This document shows positions 49,077 to 61,348 of a stretch of DNA of 64,000 bases, in pieces. Made by a program: the position numbers and the translations under genes. The notes beneath the pieces are model-generated. The model saw nothing but the letters and a program-made list of their open reading frames with translations. It had not been told where the DNA came from and ran no database searches. How positions within the stretch are numbered: position 1 is the first letter of the stretch; every line of letters begins with the position of its first letter. The DNA is from Octopus sinensis (taxonomy: Eukaryota), in the NCBI RefSeq assembly GCF_006345805.1, contig NW_021835962.1:1-64000 (forward strand), written 5' to 3'.

Positions 49077-50156
49077 TGTCACGGTCCACGAGTGTGCCTA
49101 TGCCGTAGGCGTGCCTCCATCGCAATTTTTTTCCGTTTTTTTTTGTAAATCGGTGCATCTATTATCGATTAGTCCTAAATCATTATTTATTTAGTTTTTT
49201 GTTACTTATTGGAAATATTCCAATGTCGGTGATTACAGCAACAATAAAAATACTGAAAGTATCACAATTTAAATATTTATATATTTCCTGATTTTATAAA
49301 ATATGTTTTTAATAACTAATATATATAAAAAAATTGAGTAAAAAATTTTTTAATTAAAAAAAATTTATAAGGATGGATTGACCCTAACTCTAACCCTAAG
49401 GATGCATTAACTCTAAAACCTAATCATTTAAAATTACAAAAGAATGTTTTTATAATTATTTTAATTGTGAAAAATGTTTTTTTACCAAAATCCCCTCATC
49501 ATTCTCAACTTCATAGTTGTCGCCATTCTGTTTCACAACTTTTGTCGCATGATAAAATTGCAACTTTATCCCAAAAGCTAACCTAACTTCAACCTTATCC
49601 CTAACCCTAACCACAACCTTATCCCTAACCCTAACCACAACCTTATCCCTATCCCTAACCACAACCTTATCCCTATCCCTAACCTTATCCCTAACCCCAA
49701 CCTTATCACTAACCCTAACCTTTTCCCTATCCCTAACCTTATCCCTAACCCTAACAAAAAAAAATCATTATTTTTGAAAGCCGACGATAGCGGACTCTTT
49801 TCGATCGATCTATGTCTTCCGTGAATTCTCCGAATCGTTGATAATTTTTGATTAAATCAGTTTCAGCATTCCAGAGGGTAACCTTCATGCCCACACAAAA
49901 ATAGTAATTAATAGTATTTTATAATTTTTACAAAATAAATATCTATATAATAAAAAATAATAAATTAGTTTTAAAATTGCATTCTATGTTGTTTTATGCC
50001 AAAAGACTCTAGATTGGAAAAAAATAGTTGATAATTTGGAAAAAAAATTTTAAAAATCGGTTTAGCAAATAAAAATAACCCACCAAGTAAATTTTTATGA
50101 AAAAAAATTGCGATGGAGGCACACCTACGGCATAGGCACACCACTGGACCGTGACA
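49077..50156 (-). mobile_element. Ginger/TDD-like non-autonomous DNA transposon
   Basis: ~56-bp TIRs starting TGTCACGGTCCA. TATTG duplicated at 49072-49076 and 50157-50161. Integrase C-terminal remnant NYEVENDEG..KKHFSQLK. Confidence 0.85.
49575..49755 (+). repeat. Degenerate interstitial telomere-like (CCCTAA)n array
   Basis: 6-nt periodic CCCTAA/CCTTAT/CCCTAT/CCACAA units with a 24-nt higher-order repeat. Confidence 0.85.
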
Positions 50157-50959
50157 TATTGTTTTGTTGGATCCTGCCTCTTCGGCCGCTAAGGAAGTTA
50201 GCTAGCCACTTTTTCAGTTTTGGGTGAATTTCACTAAGGTATATTTCCCTGGTCAATATTTTCCTGGGAATGGAGTCAAAAGCCTTATGGATATCCACTG
50301 AGCATATAACCGTTTTTGGTTATACGGTTTGAGCAGATAGGCCACCTGAGGTGAAGTTCGTCAAAGTGACAAGGTGCGAAGTGGTTGATTTACCACATTT
50401 AAATCTATGTTGAAAATCCAAATCCGCGAGATATTGTTTGATGTGGTTGAGTATAAGTTTTTTCCAGAACATTGGATAGGACACAGAGGAGAGATATTGG
50501 CCTGTAGGACGCCGGGTTGTCTGTTTTTCACCTGAATAGTAGGAATTCCATCAGGTCCACAAGAGCCAGTGCTTCTTAAATTTCTGATGGTCTGAGACAC
50601 CTCCTCTTGGGTGAGGATAATCATGTCCCGACATCTTCGAGGTTTCAACGACTTCAAGCATGGTCCATCATATTTCCTGTGGAGGATGTTGCTGATCCCA
50701 GCGTAGAACTTTATCAATTTGTTGGTGAAGGGAGCCGCATTATCCTCGCCCGATTTAAATCTCTCCGGGTTTGTGAATCTTCTTAGGGATGCCCATACTT
50801 TTGTTAGAGGGATGTCCAACTACCTCCACAATCTCGAAAGTTGGCTTTCGATAAATCGACTATCAACGAGTCCTAAACAATCAGTCACTACGCTTCTCAC
50901 TTCAGCAAGGAAGCTTGGGAAACGGTGGTGAACTTATATTTAAACAACATAGGACTGGA

Positions 50960-51560
50960 TGTATGTCCTAGTTCCTTCTTTAATGGATAACTTATCCATA
51001 TGACTTTTAGAGAACTTTGAAACAACTCCATCCCATGTCTTTAATTAAAATAATCTTTAATTTTGCTTCATAGAGAATCAACAGTTCATTTGCAAGCAGG
51101 TCGTGAAATTTCTCTATTTCAGCTCGCTTTAAACGATCTTGTGAGGTAATGCCTACTTTGATTTCGACATTTTGTGTCGACATTATGGACACAACCGAAT
51201 GTCCTTTCAATTTCCTGCTTCGTCTAATTCCATACATTCGCCATAAGTGAAAATAGATAAACTAAATCACTTTATTATGTCTTTGGGGATAATCACTGTT
51301 TAGCATCCTACCACACCGCGTGGATAGATTTTCCACAGGCTGCTTGCTTTTTTGCAATGTACGCATAATTATCCTGTCAATACAAAAAACAAATTCCTAT
51401 TTCGAAAAAGACAGTAAAATGCCTTGTTTTGTGGACCATTGTTCCCCTTCAATAGCTATTGCGAAGAATTAGATATGTCGAAATTAGATTTCTCCATAAA
51501 TTTATACATAACCGAGTTTAGTGAATTGATTTTATGATTTAATAAAAAATGATAATCCAA
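50960..51560 (-). mobile_element. R4/Dong-like RLE retroelement C-terminal region
   Basis: DNA-level similarity to 19100-19550 (cggtgtggtaggatgctaaacagtga). Peptide MYGIRRSRKLKGHSV..VGITSQDRLK. Confidence 0.8.
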
Positions 51561-51774
51561 GAGCGAGTTATTGAATCAATCTTTTCATTGAGGACGTTTA
51601 TAGACTCTGTTCTTTCTTATTCTAATCAACAGAGAAGCTTTTAGTCTCGATTATGGCGTTGCTGAACTGGAATTTGTGAATTGTCCATTTCTAGTGACAC
51701 AAAACACTATGAACATTATTGCAATTTTTTTTGGGTTGTGGGATTAATAAAACAAGAAAGTTAAACTAGTTAAA

Positions 51775-52828
51775 AGCTTCACGAGACCCTTGACCAGCCT
51801 CGCGAATAGCAAAACCATTCTCTCGGATCATAGCGATCGTTCCAAAAGCTAGATGACTCTCTCGAGTCGCGTCTCATCTATCATATCCGTCGACCGAGCA
51901 AGCGAAAGAAGCGAACCGTCTTGGGGCCGAAAATGCCAAAAGAATCCAAAGCGATTGGAGTAAAAAACAAGTTTGGAAGGTGACCGTACTTGAGAAACTT
52001 GTGATTTTGGCCTGCCTTGATACGTGCCCGGGATCCTTTTTCCTAAGGGCAGTAAAATTGGCAGAAAAGAAAATTTCCCGTGCAAAATCAGGTAAAGAAC
52101 CGGAGATAAAATGGTTTCACAGGTTGGTATTTGACCGTAATAATCTCCGTCCAGCTTCAGCGGTGACAGGACGAAAGCTTTCGAGATCACTCAGGGATTG
52201 ACAGTGAGAATAAGAGAGCACGGCTGAGATGTGAAGTCATTGGGCTGATAAGAATGTTTTTCTCTAAGCGAATTCAAAACGGTTGATGTCGACGATAAAA
52301 GAAAACTTGTCAAAACGACAAGCCCGACACCACGAGCATCGCCATCCATGACTTTGCTATTTACTTTTCTGTAAAGATAGTCGTCATCATTCGCGGCTGC
52401 AGGTGCATTATTGAGGTTATGCCGGAGAAAGGCTCTAAATTAGCAAGATAGGCCTCCAGTAAGAAGTAAACTTGAACAACTTAAGCCAATCAGATTGTCC
52501 ATCTAAAGCCAGAGCATCATTAATTCCAGTGGACAAAAAGGAACCTGCTAAGATATAAGCAGCTTTAGGGATTCTAGGCGGGATTTGCCTGAGACGGCGG
52601 AGAAGTGTGATTGATTAGAGAACGAAGGAGATATAGTGCGTCCCAGAGATAGAATCATAAAAAGGGAAGGAATCTGGAGAGTGGGAGACACCAGGAATCG
52701 AGGATGAAGATAAGGACCAGAAAGACAGGTGTGGCAGACCTATAATGCAATACGTTCCGGAATGCGGGAAACACAGGAAAAATAAAAAAACAGGATGAGC
52801 AAGATCGGCCACTCTTTCTTTTGGTAAC
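51775..52828 (-). mobile_element. Internally deleted CRE copy
   Basis: N-terminal RIPKAAYILAG..DWLKLFKF, then FFSANFTALRKK, FYSNRFGFFWHFRP, and terminal IAMIRENGFAIREAG matching 26280-26343. Confidence 0.75.
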
Positions 52829-52830
52829 TA

Positions 52831-54572
52831 CAGTCCGACCCCCAAATGGGGCACCAAGTGCCCCAAAATGCGGGGGTGCCCCAAAAACAGGGGTTTGTTA
52901 TTTTTTTAAAAATTAAACCATTAATAAACATCAAAAAACATTTTTACTAAAATATTCAGTTATTTTCTTTTTATTTGTAGAGTTTGTCTGATATTGTTCG
53001 TCAATTTCAGCCGAAAATCAAAAAAATCTCGGAGCATACTTGGTGCAACATTAGAAATTTTTTCTTCTAAATTGTTAAGCAGATCTTTTGTTTTTGCTAC
53101 GACATTTTCACTATTTTCGGTTTCTGAATATGTATCATAAATATTATTGTTCATGTCTTCGCATTCTCCATCAATTGTTTCGTTAACAACTTGATCTAAA
53201 TGTTCATCTGTTAGACAGTTTTTTGTTGCATAAGAATCACGGTTCCTGTCGATTTTCTTCCAACAATTAACAATACTTTTAGCATCTATTTTCTCCCATC
53301 CTTTTGAAATTAGCATCATAACCTGACGCAAATTTAATTTACCAATAGAATGTGTAAAATCGTTTTCGAAATCTTGAAAACATAAAAATTCCATTAAGAA
53401 AGAGGAATAATAATCTTTAAAAATCTTGATTATTCCCATATCCAAAGGTTGTAAATAGGGCGTTGTATTTTTCGGCAAAAATAAAAATTCGATGTTCGAA
53501 CATTCGGCAGTTTTATGGCATCCCGCATTGTCAAGTATTAATAATATTTTTCTGTTGTTTTTGCAAAACGATTCATTTATAAGTGTAAGCCAACTCATAA
53601 AAGTCTTTCCAGTCATCCATGCATTTTGAGAAGATGAATACAATAACCCAAAATCTTGAACATCAAAATTTTTTAGACACCGAGGTTTTTTATATTTTCC
53701 AATAATCAATGGATTAAGTTTTTCCCCGATTAAACTGCAGCATAGAAGAACAGTGAGTCTTTCTTTCCCTTGTTTATAACCAAAACACGGTTCGCCTTGT
53801 TCAACAAATGATTTTTGAGGAGTTCTTTTTATAAAAAGCGCAGTTTCATCACAATTAAATATATTCTCAGGTCCATATTTTAATACTTTCTGGTCATATT
53901 TTTCAAAATAATTTTTCACATAAGATAAATCACATGAAGCTTTTTCACCACATATTGACTTGAATTGAAGTTCATGCCGCAATTTAAATCTATCAAGCCA
54001 CCCATTGGAAGCTTTAAAAGAAGTAAATCCAATTTTTGAAGCTGTAACTAAGGCAATTTTTTCAAAATAGGGCCTGAAATCGGAATTTTATCTACGCGTA
54101 GTCTTTGAAATATTTCAAAGACTTGATCATCAAATTTATCTTTATCGGCTTTAAATGTGTCATATTCCTCAGAAATAGTATTGCCGTGTTGCAAGAAAGG
54201 TACAATATTTCGTTTTATTCTTGATATTGTTCCTTTACTTGTGTTGTACTTTTTCATTAGTTGCCTCTCAGATAAATTTTTCTTCAAAATTTCTTTAGCA
54301 ATCTTCAATTTAGTTTCGTAATCCATAACCACAACAATAAAAATATAAATTGAAAATAAAACAAAAAATAATTAATTTATTATAATTTTATTTTATTTTT
54401 AATTCCTTATAAATGATTTTATGGTGCCCCAAAAATTCCATAATTTTTTATCGATTTTTATTTTTTTTCTGCCAAAATGTACTTTTGGAATAAAGTGCCC
54501 CAAATTGCGGGGGTGCCCCAAAATCCGAGGGTGCCCCACCCCTGGGGTCTGCCCCATTTTGGGGTCGGACTG
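52831..54572 (-). mobile_element. Full-length pogo/Tigger element, transposase with a single 1-nt frameshift
   Basis: TIRs CAGTCCGACCCC(C/A)AAATGGGGCA with TA flanks. ORFs 54048-54332 and 52960-53982 join if one A is added near 54058. Catalytic motifs NCDETALF, LILDNAGCH, QPLDMGII. Confidence 0.95.
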
Positions 54573-54989
54573 TACGTTGAAATTATGCAGAGGCAAACGG
54601 GATTGAAAGTAGGATGAGTGACAGCCATGCAACAGAATAAGATCGGGACGAATAATGGATAGAAAAGATAGTTGAAAAGAAGAAAACGATTTTTTGGACA
54701 GAATAAAATGACAGCACAACAATGCGATAACACATACTCTAAACTACACAAGAATTATGAACTACTAAACGGATAAATGCTGACCTGTGTGTTTTAAGAT
54801 GAGTGCAGATTTATAGTTGCGGATTCTTGTTTTTTTGAAATGGCATTTTGAACAAAATCATTTGCCAGTTGCATAAAACAGCTGGGGTTACAGCAACTTG
54901 ATACTTTCTTGAATTTATTATAAAGATGGATTCTGCAATGTGAATTAGATTTCTTAATGGTTTTCGATTTTTTGTCACCGCTCTATTTT

Positions 54990-55215
54990 CAGCGTCTTGG
55001 ACTTAATGTCTAGAGACTGGGTGCAAGTGGAAGAAAATATCAGGGACGCCCGCGTATTGCAGAACTGGAGGTGCGGGATTCGGATCTTAAATCAATCAAC
55101 CGGACGCCTAAAAGTGGGAATGATCTGAATGCAATGAGCTTGGCATTCAACAGAGGAAAATGGAAAAGGATTGTCGAGAAAATCGTTTCAAGTGGCGGAC
55201 GTGTGGAAACGTAAC
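54990..55215 (+). mobile_element. RTE/RTEX-like 3' end
   Basis: KYQGRPRI..DLKSI..DLNAMSLAFNRGKWKRIV. Confidence 0.5.
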
Positions 55216-55254
55216 TATTATGTTTCTACGGCAGTTGCCAATAATAATATTAAA

Positions 55255-55460
55255 AACAAAGAAAAATTGCTAAATACGCAACTCTTGGACAACGGCATCG
55301 TTTCATTACAATAACTGTGAAGACATCTGGAGTAATTGGGTGTTTAGCGACTTCTTTGATGAAAGAAGTCGGAGGAAAAGTCCCTATGCGACGTGGCGAG
55401 CCATTATTGTTTCAACAAATCGGCAATACACACTCCATGGTGCATGCAATCGTAAGTTGC
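55255..55460 (+). mobile_element. CRE C-terminal fragment
   Basis: AKYATLGQRHRFITITVKTSGVIG..LLFQQI. Confidence 0.6.
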
Positions 55461-55599
55461 TTTTAACCGTGTCCTTTAAAATATTATTGCACATAAAAAA
55501 ATTTAATAAAATGATAATTGATGTAGTAATCGATCATTTTATTCTTAATATCTAAGTTGCTGCTATTCCTCTGTCAAGATGGCTTTACCCCTCTTGCCT

Positions 55600-56800
55600 T
55601 CCTAATCTGAGCCAATTAAGCCCAGGCTAACAGTCGGTAGTCTCTTTCCCGACAAATTCTTAATCGACCGAACTTGTCGGAGGCATTCGTCACCCGCTTG
55701 TCTGAATTCTGCAAATCTAAAGTTGTCCATCTCGAATTCCTACATTGGTCAGGATCTAATTAACCAAATCTTTGGATCTAGCAATTGAGCGTGCACTAGA
55801 CTCAAATTCATCCGAAGATTGGTGCAAGTTTTTCTCTTTTGCCTTCGTTTGTCACGGAGGCTCTCCAAATCGCTATCGCGATGGAAACACGTCCGTCTCA
55901 CAGCATGTTAAAAAGAGCTGAAAGTTATACGACAATACTAAATTCAATTTCAACGCCATTTCTTTCCAGGCTGTAGAAAGGCAGCTTCGCGCTAATCAGA
56001 ACATTCAGGACATCACCCAAATGGTTTGTAGCAACCTCATGCAAGGCGACGTACTCACTGCTATGCGTGTTATCTCATCAAACTTAACAATTTCACCTCT
56101 TTCGAACAGAGTTCTCAGCCAACTGCGCTCAAAACACACTGCTGCATAGGTCGATTTATCATAAACTCCAGAATTGATCACTGGATTCGATTGTAGCGTA
56201 TATTCCGTCACTGCAGCCGAAATAACTCCTGCCCTCAGTTCTTTCCCTTTAGTAGCAGTGGGGGTATTGATGGTATGAAAGCCATCCACCTGAAAGATCT
56301 GCTCTCTACGATAACTGCTGAGGCAGGGAGGCGCCTGATTGTGACAATCACATGCCTATGTACAAGGATTCTCTCGGGTGCAATTCAACTTTTTGCAAGG
56401 GATTTACTTTTTTCCGCAAACCTGACAGCTCCCAACAAATGTGATGATGGAATATGGCCCATGGCTGTTGGGAACGTCTTTAAACGCCTGGCGGTCAAAA
56501 TTATTTGTCGCTCTGTTCTTCCCGAAGCAAGTTTAGTTTTAATGCAACCCTAACTGGCTGTGGGTGTGAATGGAGCCTGCGAATCAGCCGCTCATGGTAT
56601 AAGGCAGTTGGCTTTGTCTGGTACCGTTATTATGTTTGAATCGGGGATTCAACAGGGCGACTCATTGTGGCCTCTTCTGTTTTCCCTTGGAGTTAATCAT
56701 ATCGCTTGTCAATTGTCTTTTGAATTAAATCTTTGGAATCTCGACGGCATCACATTTGGCGGACATTTGGAGGTCGTCAAAAATTGTCACAAAAATTAGT
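55600..56800 (+). mobile_element. Old CRE copy, N-terminus to RT
   Basis: EDWCKFFSFAF, IHLKDL, GIWPMAVGNVFKRL, GIQQGDSLWPLLF, WNLDG. Confidence 0.8.
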
Positions 56801-56941
56801 CAAATTTTTGTGAACATAAAAATATTAAATTTAATATTTTTACATACATATTAGAATTTCATTAATCTAATTTAGTAATTTTTTACATATATATTTAAAA
56901 TTCTTTAAAATGAATAAACTACACGTTCTACAGTTGTTAGC

Positions 56942-57878
56942 ATGGTGGAAAATCGAAAACGCCTGTCATTTTTTCAAAAGAAGGAAATAATCGAATTTTA
57001 TCATAAAAATAGACATTACACACAGCGCGATTTATCCCTTTATTTCAATGTTTCTCTGGGCTGCATAAACAAAATTTTGAAAAATTCTGAAGGAATACTT
57101 AATGTTCTAGATGACCAAAAAAAGAAGTGGAATACAAATCAAATAAAAAAGCATGGATGACATATGGTTATTTCTCAGAATGGCTCATAGAATTGAACCA
57201 AAAAATGATTTTGCAAAAAAGAAAAATTCTAATTCTACTTGATAATGCGACTGTACACTCACGTGATTTAGAGTTCAGTAACATCGAACTCTTTTTTTCC
57301 CTCCAGATACAACATCGAAGTTACAACCCTTTGATCAAGGAATAATAAAATCATTCAAAGACAGGTATAGACAACTCCAATGTGCACACTTGATTGAATT
57401 TTATACTAATGATGACAATGTAGATCACGAAAAAGTTACGGAACAGTTGAAGAAATTCACTCTATTGAATTGCTTGATATTCATAAATCAAGCTTGGTTA
57501 GAAGTGTCGGAATTAACAATTACAAATTGTTTCAAGAAAGCATTTGAAAATGCGTTAATACAGAACCTGACAGAAATAGAAGAAATAGATTATGAAAATT
57601 TTTTGATTCATGAAAATGATCAAATTGACGACGAAAACTTTATACAAAACTTTGCGAGAAAACTAAAACAGCAAGACCAAGTTGAAGAGGAAGATGAAAA
57701 AATTTATGTTCCGACACTATATGAAGCTAGTGAATATGCGAAGGCGCTTGAATTATGGTTTCTTGAAAATGATTATGAACAAAGAGGAAAAGTATACGAA
57801 ATACAAAAAATTTTAAGAAATTATCAAACTAATCATTCTCAAAAAATCACCGATTACATGATTAAAATCTCTAAATAA
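56942..57878 (+). mobile_element. pogo/Tigger transposase with internal deletion
   Basis: HTH RKRLSFFQKKEII is fused directly to NKKAWMT, ILLDNATVH and QGIIK. Confidence 0.85.
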
Positions 57879-58074
57879 TCTTTGTAATTATCTTAATAAT
57901 AAAATGGTATGGTGTCTGTCTGTGTGTGCACACCAACTTCAAATTGGCAAAGTACATATAAATTGTCAAAATCTTTTCCCCTTATAATTAGCCAATAATG
58001 GGGAACAAGCTTAAAATCATGAACTCCTCCAAGAATCTTCCACCCAAAAATCTAACATATCAAGAATATCCTCG

Positions 58075-58321
58075 ATGATGAGGTCCTTAAAACCTTCCCC
58101 CCAAAAAAAATTAAAAAAAAATTTTCTGCATTTTGGTTAAAATGAACAACTACGATGTTCTCGACTTACATGATGAGGTCCTTAAAACCTTCCCCCCAAA
58201 AAAAAATTAAAAAAAATTTTCTGCATTTTGGTTAAAATGAACAACTACGATGTCCTCGACTTACATGATGAGGTCCTTAAAACCTTTCCCCAAAAAATCA
58301 AAAAATTATTTTCTGCATTTT
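58075..58321. repeat. 95-bp tandem repeat, about 2.6 units
   Basis: aggtccttaaaacc begins at 58081, 58176 and 58271. Confidence 0.9.
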
Positions 58322-58563
58322 ATTATTAAATAAAATTTAAGGGCTTTTGAAGAAAAGGGGGTTAGTTTTGTTTTTTCTTTTTCCTAATTTTCGTACTCAT
58401 TTTATTTTTTCTGTCAACATGAAAAATAGTATTTTAATAAGAAAATCCCCTGAGTTTATATCTTTATTTTATCTAACGTTTCTTAATTATTTATACTAAT
58501 TATTTATAAGTATTAAAATTATCTTGTAATATATTTCATATAAAATAATAAACCGTGATTCTC

Positions 58564-59709
58564 ATGTCTTATTTGGTGGACGATTCTGGTGTAAATACAG
58601 TAAATACTTATTAAAAATAATTCAGAATTTATTTGACAAAAACTTGGAATTGAAACGAGATTTCGATTACTATAAAAATAATCTGCGTATATCAATATCG
58701 AAGAATCTCCACGACGAACTCGAATTCGACTTAATCGAGTGCGATGTTTCCATTGCTAACGCTCTGCGGAGAATTATGATGTCGGAAGTCCCCACAATGG
58801 CCATCGAGAAGGTTTTCATAACACAAAACACGTCCAATGCAATCCCCGACCAAGTAATTGCACATCGTCTAGGTTTGGCTCCCGTATTTGCGGATCCTGA
58901 CTTATTCGAGTACAGCAAAGGTCTCCCTTCCCTTCTCAACAGCAGATCCCCTCGTTGCCGACGAGTACTCCACACTTGTATTCAAATATTCGAAAGTCTG
59001 TCGCAGTCTGAACCCCAAATCAAATGCACATGACTTTTGGGATGGATCTGTGTGTATGAATTATTCGCGAATGTTTTAGTTAGTTCTGGACTACTGAAAT
59101 GGGTGCCAATTGGAAATCAGGCGGAAAGAGTATGTTTAGTGATATATTTGGGTAGTTGGCCGGACAGGAGATAAGAATGTGGGCAGCTCTGCCTATTTCC
59201 CGTCAAACACTCGGAGATGTGAGATTGGCTGTGTTGATTTGCAGGAATTGGATTTGTTTGTCCACTGTGTGAAGGGAGTGGGGCTCACTCATGCAAAGTT
59301 CTCGCCAGTGAGTTAGTCTGGTCGTGTCATGACTGCAGCCACGGCGTATTATCGGATGATGCCTCAGGTGGAACTATTGAGACCATTTCGTGGGGAAATG
59401 GCTGATCGACTGGCGGGGTTGTTCCCTGCGGGGGTGATTGGTGTCAGAGGAGAGGGAGGGCAGCGGGAGGCGTATGTTGACGACGCGAGGAAGGACTGCG
59501 GGGCTATGAATGTTTTGAGGGATGAAGAGGTGAGGAGTGGGGTCAGGATGAGCAGACTTAATTCACATTTTTTGTGTACGTTTGTGCATTATTTGGCAGT
59601 TTATGTCGAGTCGGTGGGTGTTATTCATTCACAGGAGATCTTCCGTCGGGCTTTGCGAGTGCTTGTGGACAAATGTGACACGCTTTTGAATGCCTTTGAT
59701 GCCCTGTGA
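58564..59709 (+). CDS. POLR1C: RNA polymerase I/III shared subunit AC40 (RPAC1/RPC40), 8 exons, 322 aa
   Basis: SIANALRRIMMSEVPTMAIEKV, HRLGL, KWVPIGNQA, HCVKGVG..HAKFSPV. GT-AG introns at 58600-58625, 58921-58942, 59054-59079, 59130-59155, 59219-59244, 59312-59338, 59576-59599 give an open 969-nt CDS. Confidence 0.92.
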
Positions 59710-61348
59710 CTCTTTCTTTTTATTAAAATATGTTTTTTATTACTTTCGAGAGAGGGTCATTCCTCTCACTTTATTATGCTCCTGATTGAATGTCCAATTC
59801 TAGTCAGAAGGCGATGTCAAAGTCTGCATTAGTGCAGTTGGGAATGTGCTTAGACTCCGTTGAGTTAATGTGTAGGAACTTTTAATGTAAGTAAGTTTCC
59901 AAAGAATTCAACAACCACGAAATTTGACGTATTTCTGGACAATATAAGTGGATGAGACTCGAGATAGAAAACTCCTTTAATTCCAGCAAGTTTCTTTCAA
60001 AATAAGAAAAAGATCAAAAATTAACAAAACTACAAAAATTTGAAGAAATAATAGGAATATGTCTATGATTTAGTTAATAAAGAAAAATATATAACATTAA
60101 ACTCAAAGACGTAGTTTACAATGTTTGTGTTTATTATCCATGTGACTTTCTACTTTTTGGAGAATTAAATTAACATTCATATAACAAAATGCTTTAATTA
60201 TTTTGATAAGGATAAGAAGGGTAGCCAAGCATGAAAACAACAATAGTGTCATACTCCGACTTGTTTATGTGGGAGTATTTTAGAAAAAAGGTTATTTTGA
60301 CATTTTTTTAAATTTGTTGTTGAATGATTTTCTAATGTAACATGATAAATTTGTATGAAAACGTAACGTGATAAATTGAGTTCTCGTTTTTTAATCTGGA
60401 CAGTTATATTGTTTTTGAATTATCAATTTTAAATCATTCCCATTTTAAAACATATAATTATAAATTAAATATTCGAGTTTTTATATAAAATAATTTGTAA
60501 TAAAATTACGTAAATTTTATTTAATATTATCATAATCAAAATCCTTTTCGACTGCTAAAAAAGACTAAAATATGAATTTTTATAAGGAAAGTATCAAATA
60601 TTAAAAACAGCGAACTCTCTTCCATATAATCATATAAACAAATGAGGGTGACAGTTCTATTTAAAAAGAGAAAAAGGGCAGAAAAATACACGTTTTATGA
60701 AGAAGTTTGGGCAAAATATCCCCTTTGTCAATTTTACGAAGAATTTACGCCTACTCAGTGCTTCTCGAATGAATATGAGCTTCCTCTCAATAAATATTAT
60801 GACGACATCATACAAACGTATTTTCAAGAATATGAAACATCACAGACTAAAAATTGTAACAATTTTCCACGATTGAGTTAAGAAAAGAAGTTTTTCGTAA
60901 AGATAGAATTTATTTTCTGTATGCCTCTTTTTTCCTAATATTTTTTATTATTCAAAAATAATTTTTTAAATAGATATCCGAAGGAGGAAAAACGAAGCTG
61001 AAGAAAAAACGGTCAGCTTCAGGTAATTAATTAAATCTTTTTTGTGTGTCGCTTTTTTGGCTGCTGCTACTCGCCTGCCGCATCTCCGCCTGCCCCATTT
61101 CCGCCAGTGGTTTGTCTAATCAAGGTCACTAAGCTAAATCTCCGGACTATAAAGGCTCTTAAGCATTATCTTAATTGGCTGTTAAAAAAATTAGACAGGT
61201 TGTTGCCGTGGCGGCAGAGATTTTTTTTGTTTATACTATTTTACAAATTTTTAAAGTTTTTTTTTATTTTTTTTATTTCTTTTGTTTTTAAATTATTTAT
61301 TTTTATTTGTTTTTTTTTATTTTTTTGTTATTTTCTAAAAATTCAACC

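Larger units (their letters stand above)
48803..50819 (-). mobile_element. APE-type LINE RT region split by a Ginger-like element
   Basis: GSCGPDGIP (50361-50819), WLANFLSGRR|..RYFPNGVPQGSPLSPALFN, YADD. An inverted ~85%-similar RT piece lies at 50815-50930. Confidence 0.85.

Noticed and set aside
49456-49662. ORF with VRVRDKVV repeats as a repetitive protein
   Set aside because: It is the translation of the telomere-like DNA repeat; only the last ~30 codons look like an integrase remnant.
49575-49755. True chromosome end
   Set aside because: The array is internal, degenerate and enclosed by TIRs.
59770-59880. Trypsin-like fragment (DFDIAF.LEL)
   Set aside because: A single short motif with no catalytic His or Ser context.
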